Assembly (NCBI GenBank): GCA_965223415.1
Contig: OZ245002.1
Span: 160,001 to 224,000, forward strand
Source: Myxococcota bacterium
Lineage (GTDB): Bacteria > Myxococcota_A > UBA9160 > UBA6930
Length of the DNA stretch: 64,000 bases
Reading direction: 5' to 3'
Part shown: positions 62,078 to 64,000 of the stretch, piece by piece
Layout: every line of letters begins with the position of its first letter
Numbering within the stretch: position 1 is the stretch's first letter
Notes under the pieces: generated by a model
The model's database searches: none
Told to the model about the DNA's origin: nothing
Seen by the model: the letters and a program-made list of their open reading frames with translations, nothing else
Position numbers and translations under genes: made by a program

Positions 62078-64000
62078 ATGGCCTTGGAGCAGGCGGGTGG
62101 TCGGGTCGATGCCCCGGAAGGCGCGGCCGAGAACGAGATCACCGTGGCGGCCGGCCGCGGGGAGATCCAGGCCCCGGCGCCGCCGGCGCTCCCCGGCACG
62201 GTGCTGATCCAGCGGGTCCACGCCTACCGTCCCTGGGGACTCACGATTCGCCGTCGCGGCGCCGGCGATTCCTGGCTGCGCCGACTACGGCGCCGCTATC
62301 CCACCGGCGTCCGCAAGGTCTTCAACTACGTCGGTGAAGAGGGCGCCCTCCAGACACTGGAGAAGATCCGCTCCCGATCGACCTTGGAGCGCTTCAACAC
62401 GGCCTACGGCTACTTCTCGTTCTCGGGCCTCGTCCGCGAGAACCACTCCGCGGCTGCACTCGAGCCGGGACAGCCCGTCGTAGCGTGGGGCTACCACGGG
62501 CCGAGCGACGCGGACTTCCTGATCGCGCGACCGGAACAGGTGCTGCCGACACCGTTTACCCACCCGACCCTCGCCGTCGCGCCCTACATGGGCATCATCC
62601 TGGAGTTCCTCGAGCTCCACCCCCTGTTCGCGAGCGTGCGGGCCGCGGGCATGGAGGCGGCGATCGGGGCGCTACTCCCGGAAGTGCTGAAGCCGCGGCT
62701 CGTGCCGAACGGCGGGCGCCTGGTCGTGCTGCTCGGGGATAGCGGCGAGGCCATCGAGGGCGAGACGACGCTCCGCATCGCGGCGGATCGGAGAGGCCCC
62801 GAGGTGCTCCGCCACGAGGAAGGTGAGTGGCGCTGCTCGCTGCCGGATCCCGCCCACTACTTCATCGATCCCTACGGGCCCGTCGAGCTCGAGCATCCAG
62901 TACCGTTCTCCGGGTCTGGCGTCGCGAAGGTCCTCGAGCAGCTCGTGCCGCTCCTGCGCAGCGATCGCCCGGCTCCCCTGTTGCGAGGTTTGCCCCCTCG
63001 AACCGCGCCCCTCCGCCCGCGCAGCCGCCGGGCCTCCGTCGGTGTGTCGTGCCTGGGCGCCGGGAACTTCACGCGAGTCGTGCTGGTCCACATGCTGCGG
63101 CAGCGGCTCGACATGAACGTCCGGGGGGTGATGGACATCCGGCCGGAGATCGCCGCCGTCCAGGCGGACGCGATGGATGCCGACTACTGCACCACCGATT
63201 CGGAAGCCGTGTTTCGGGACGGGGACACGAACCTGGTCCTGATCGCGTCGGATCACGCCAGCCACACGGACTATGCTATCCGGGCCATCGAGGCCGGGAA
63301 GATGCTGCACATCGAGAAGCCGCCCGCCGTGAGCTGGGAGCAGTTCGAGCGACTGCTGGAGGCCATCCGGACCCACCGGCCGCCGATGATCCACGTCGGA
63401 TACAACCGGCCCTTCGCGCCCGCCTTCCAGGTGCTCCACGACCGCCTACAGGCCTACGAGGGGCCGACCTTCATCTCCTTCATCATCAAGGGCCACTACC
63501 TGAGCCGCGCGCACTGGTACAACTGGCCGAATCAGGGAACGCGCATCGCCGGCAACTTCGTTCATTGGATCGACCTGGGCTACCGGCTGACTGGCTGTCG
63601 CCGCCCGCTCTGGGTCGACGTCACGACCGCGTCGCGCGAGGCCGCGACCAACTGGGACGCCACCGTCATGAACATCGGCTTCGACGACGGGTCTCTGTGC
63701 ACGCTGTCGTTCAGCGCCGCCGGCGACGAGACCTTCGGCATCCAGGAGTACACCGACGTCAAGCGACAGGGCCTCTCCGCGACCATCGACAACTTCAGCT
63801 CCATGGAAATGGTGGTGGACGGCAGGCGGATGCGGCGGCGATTCGGGCGCGACAAGGGACACAAGGGCGAGATGGATGCGCTCGCCTCCTTCGTCTCCGC
63901 CGGGAAGGGGGATCCCGCGGTCCTCCGGGACATGATCGTCACAACCGCGATCCAGCTCGCCGGGCAGGACTCCCTGGGTCGTGGCGGCGGGCGCGTTCCC
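62078..64000 (+). CDS. Divergent bi-domain oxidoreductase (degenerate ADH-like N-terminus plus Gfo/Idh/MocA), 3'-truncated; absent from the ORF track
   Basis: Manually translated open frame: VRKVFNYVGEEGALQTLEKIRS, CLGAGNF, IASDHASH, IEKP, VGYNRPFAP, GNFVHWID, DKGH. Start uncertain (GTG 62048 or ATG 62078). Confidence 0.82.
   Translation, partial: MALEQAGGRVDAPEGAAENEITVAAGRGEIQAPAPPALPGTVLIQRVHAYRPWGLTIRRRGAGDSWLRRLRRRYPTGVRKVFNYVGEEGALQTLEKIRSRSTLERFNTAYGYFSFSGLVRENHSAAALEPGQPVVAWGYHGPSDADFLIARPEQVLPTPFTHPTLAVAPYMGIILEFLELHPLFASVRAAGMEAAIGALLPEVLKPRLVPNGGRLVVLLGDSGEAIEGETTLRIAADRRGPEVLRHEEGEWRCSLPDPAHYFIDPYGPVELEHPVPFSGSGVAKVLEQLVPLLRSDRPAPLLRGLPPRTAPLRPRSRRASVGVSCLGAGNFTRVVLVHMLRQRLDMNVRGVMDIRPEIAAVQADAMDADYCTTDSEAVFRDGDTNLVLIASDHASHTDYAIRAIEAGKMLHIEKPPAVSWEQFERLLEAIRTHRPPMIHVGYNRPFAPAFQVLHDRLQAYEGPTFISFIIKGHYLSRAHWYNWPNQGTRIAGNFVHWIDLGYRLTGCRRPLWVDVTTASREAATNWDATVMNIGFDDGSLCTLSFSAAGDETFGIQEYTDVKRQGLSATIDNFSSMEMVVDGRRMRRRFGRDKGHKGEMDALASFVSAGKGDPAVLRDMIVTTAIQLAGQDSLGRGGGRVP

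Overview
High-GC bacterial chromosomal segment (about 70% GC by eye). Gene content and order resemble Myxococcota/deltaproteobacteria; this is inferred, not confirmed. 1-8 kb: 2-oxoacid:ferredoxin oxidoreductase alpha/beta, convergent with mdh-sucC-sucD, then a small LysM protein and aspS. 8-15.5 kb: REC-GAF-GGDEF cyclase, YCF48-like propeller, DUF1329 protein, ABC1 kinase and argG. 15.6-20 kb: a compact four-gene module of J-domain/TPR co-chaperone, lid-less Hsp70, TPR/winged-helix protein and PAS pseudo-kinase. 20-29 kb: LysM(TsaP-like)-dprA-trmFO-xerC-hslV-hslU-REC/GAF-argB. 29-64 kb: a large surface-polysaccharide region with PEP-CTERM/exosortase-type accessory genes, a short OPX plus beta-barrel, Wzc/Wze, nucleotide-sugar enzymes, a SxtJ/SxtI/SxtK-like carbamoylation trio and many decorating enzymes. 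Main non-obvious features: ATGA-coupled nano-ORFs at two gene junctions in the sugar-nucleotide operon, a 69-bp AT-shifted palindrome after the Crp gene, and two genes missing from the ORF track. No rRNA, tRNA, CRISPR array or transposase was seen. All family assignments come from motif recognition, not database searches.
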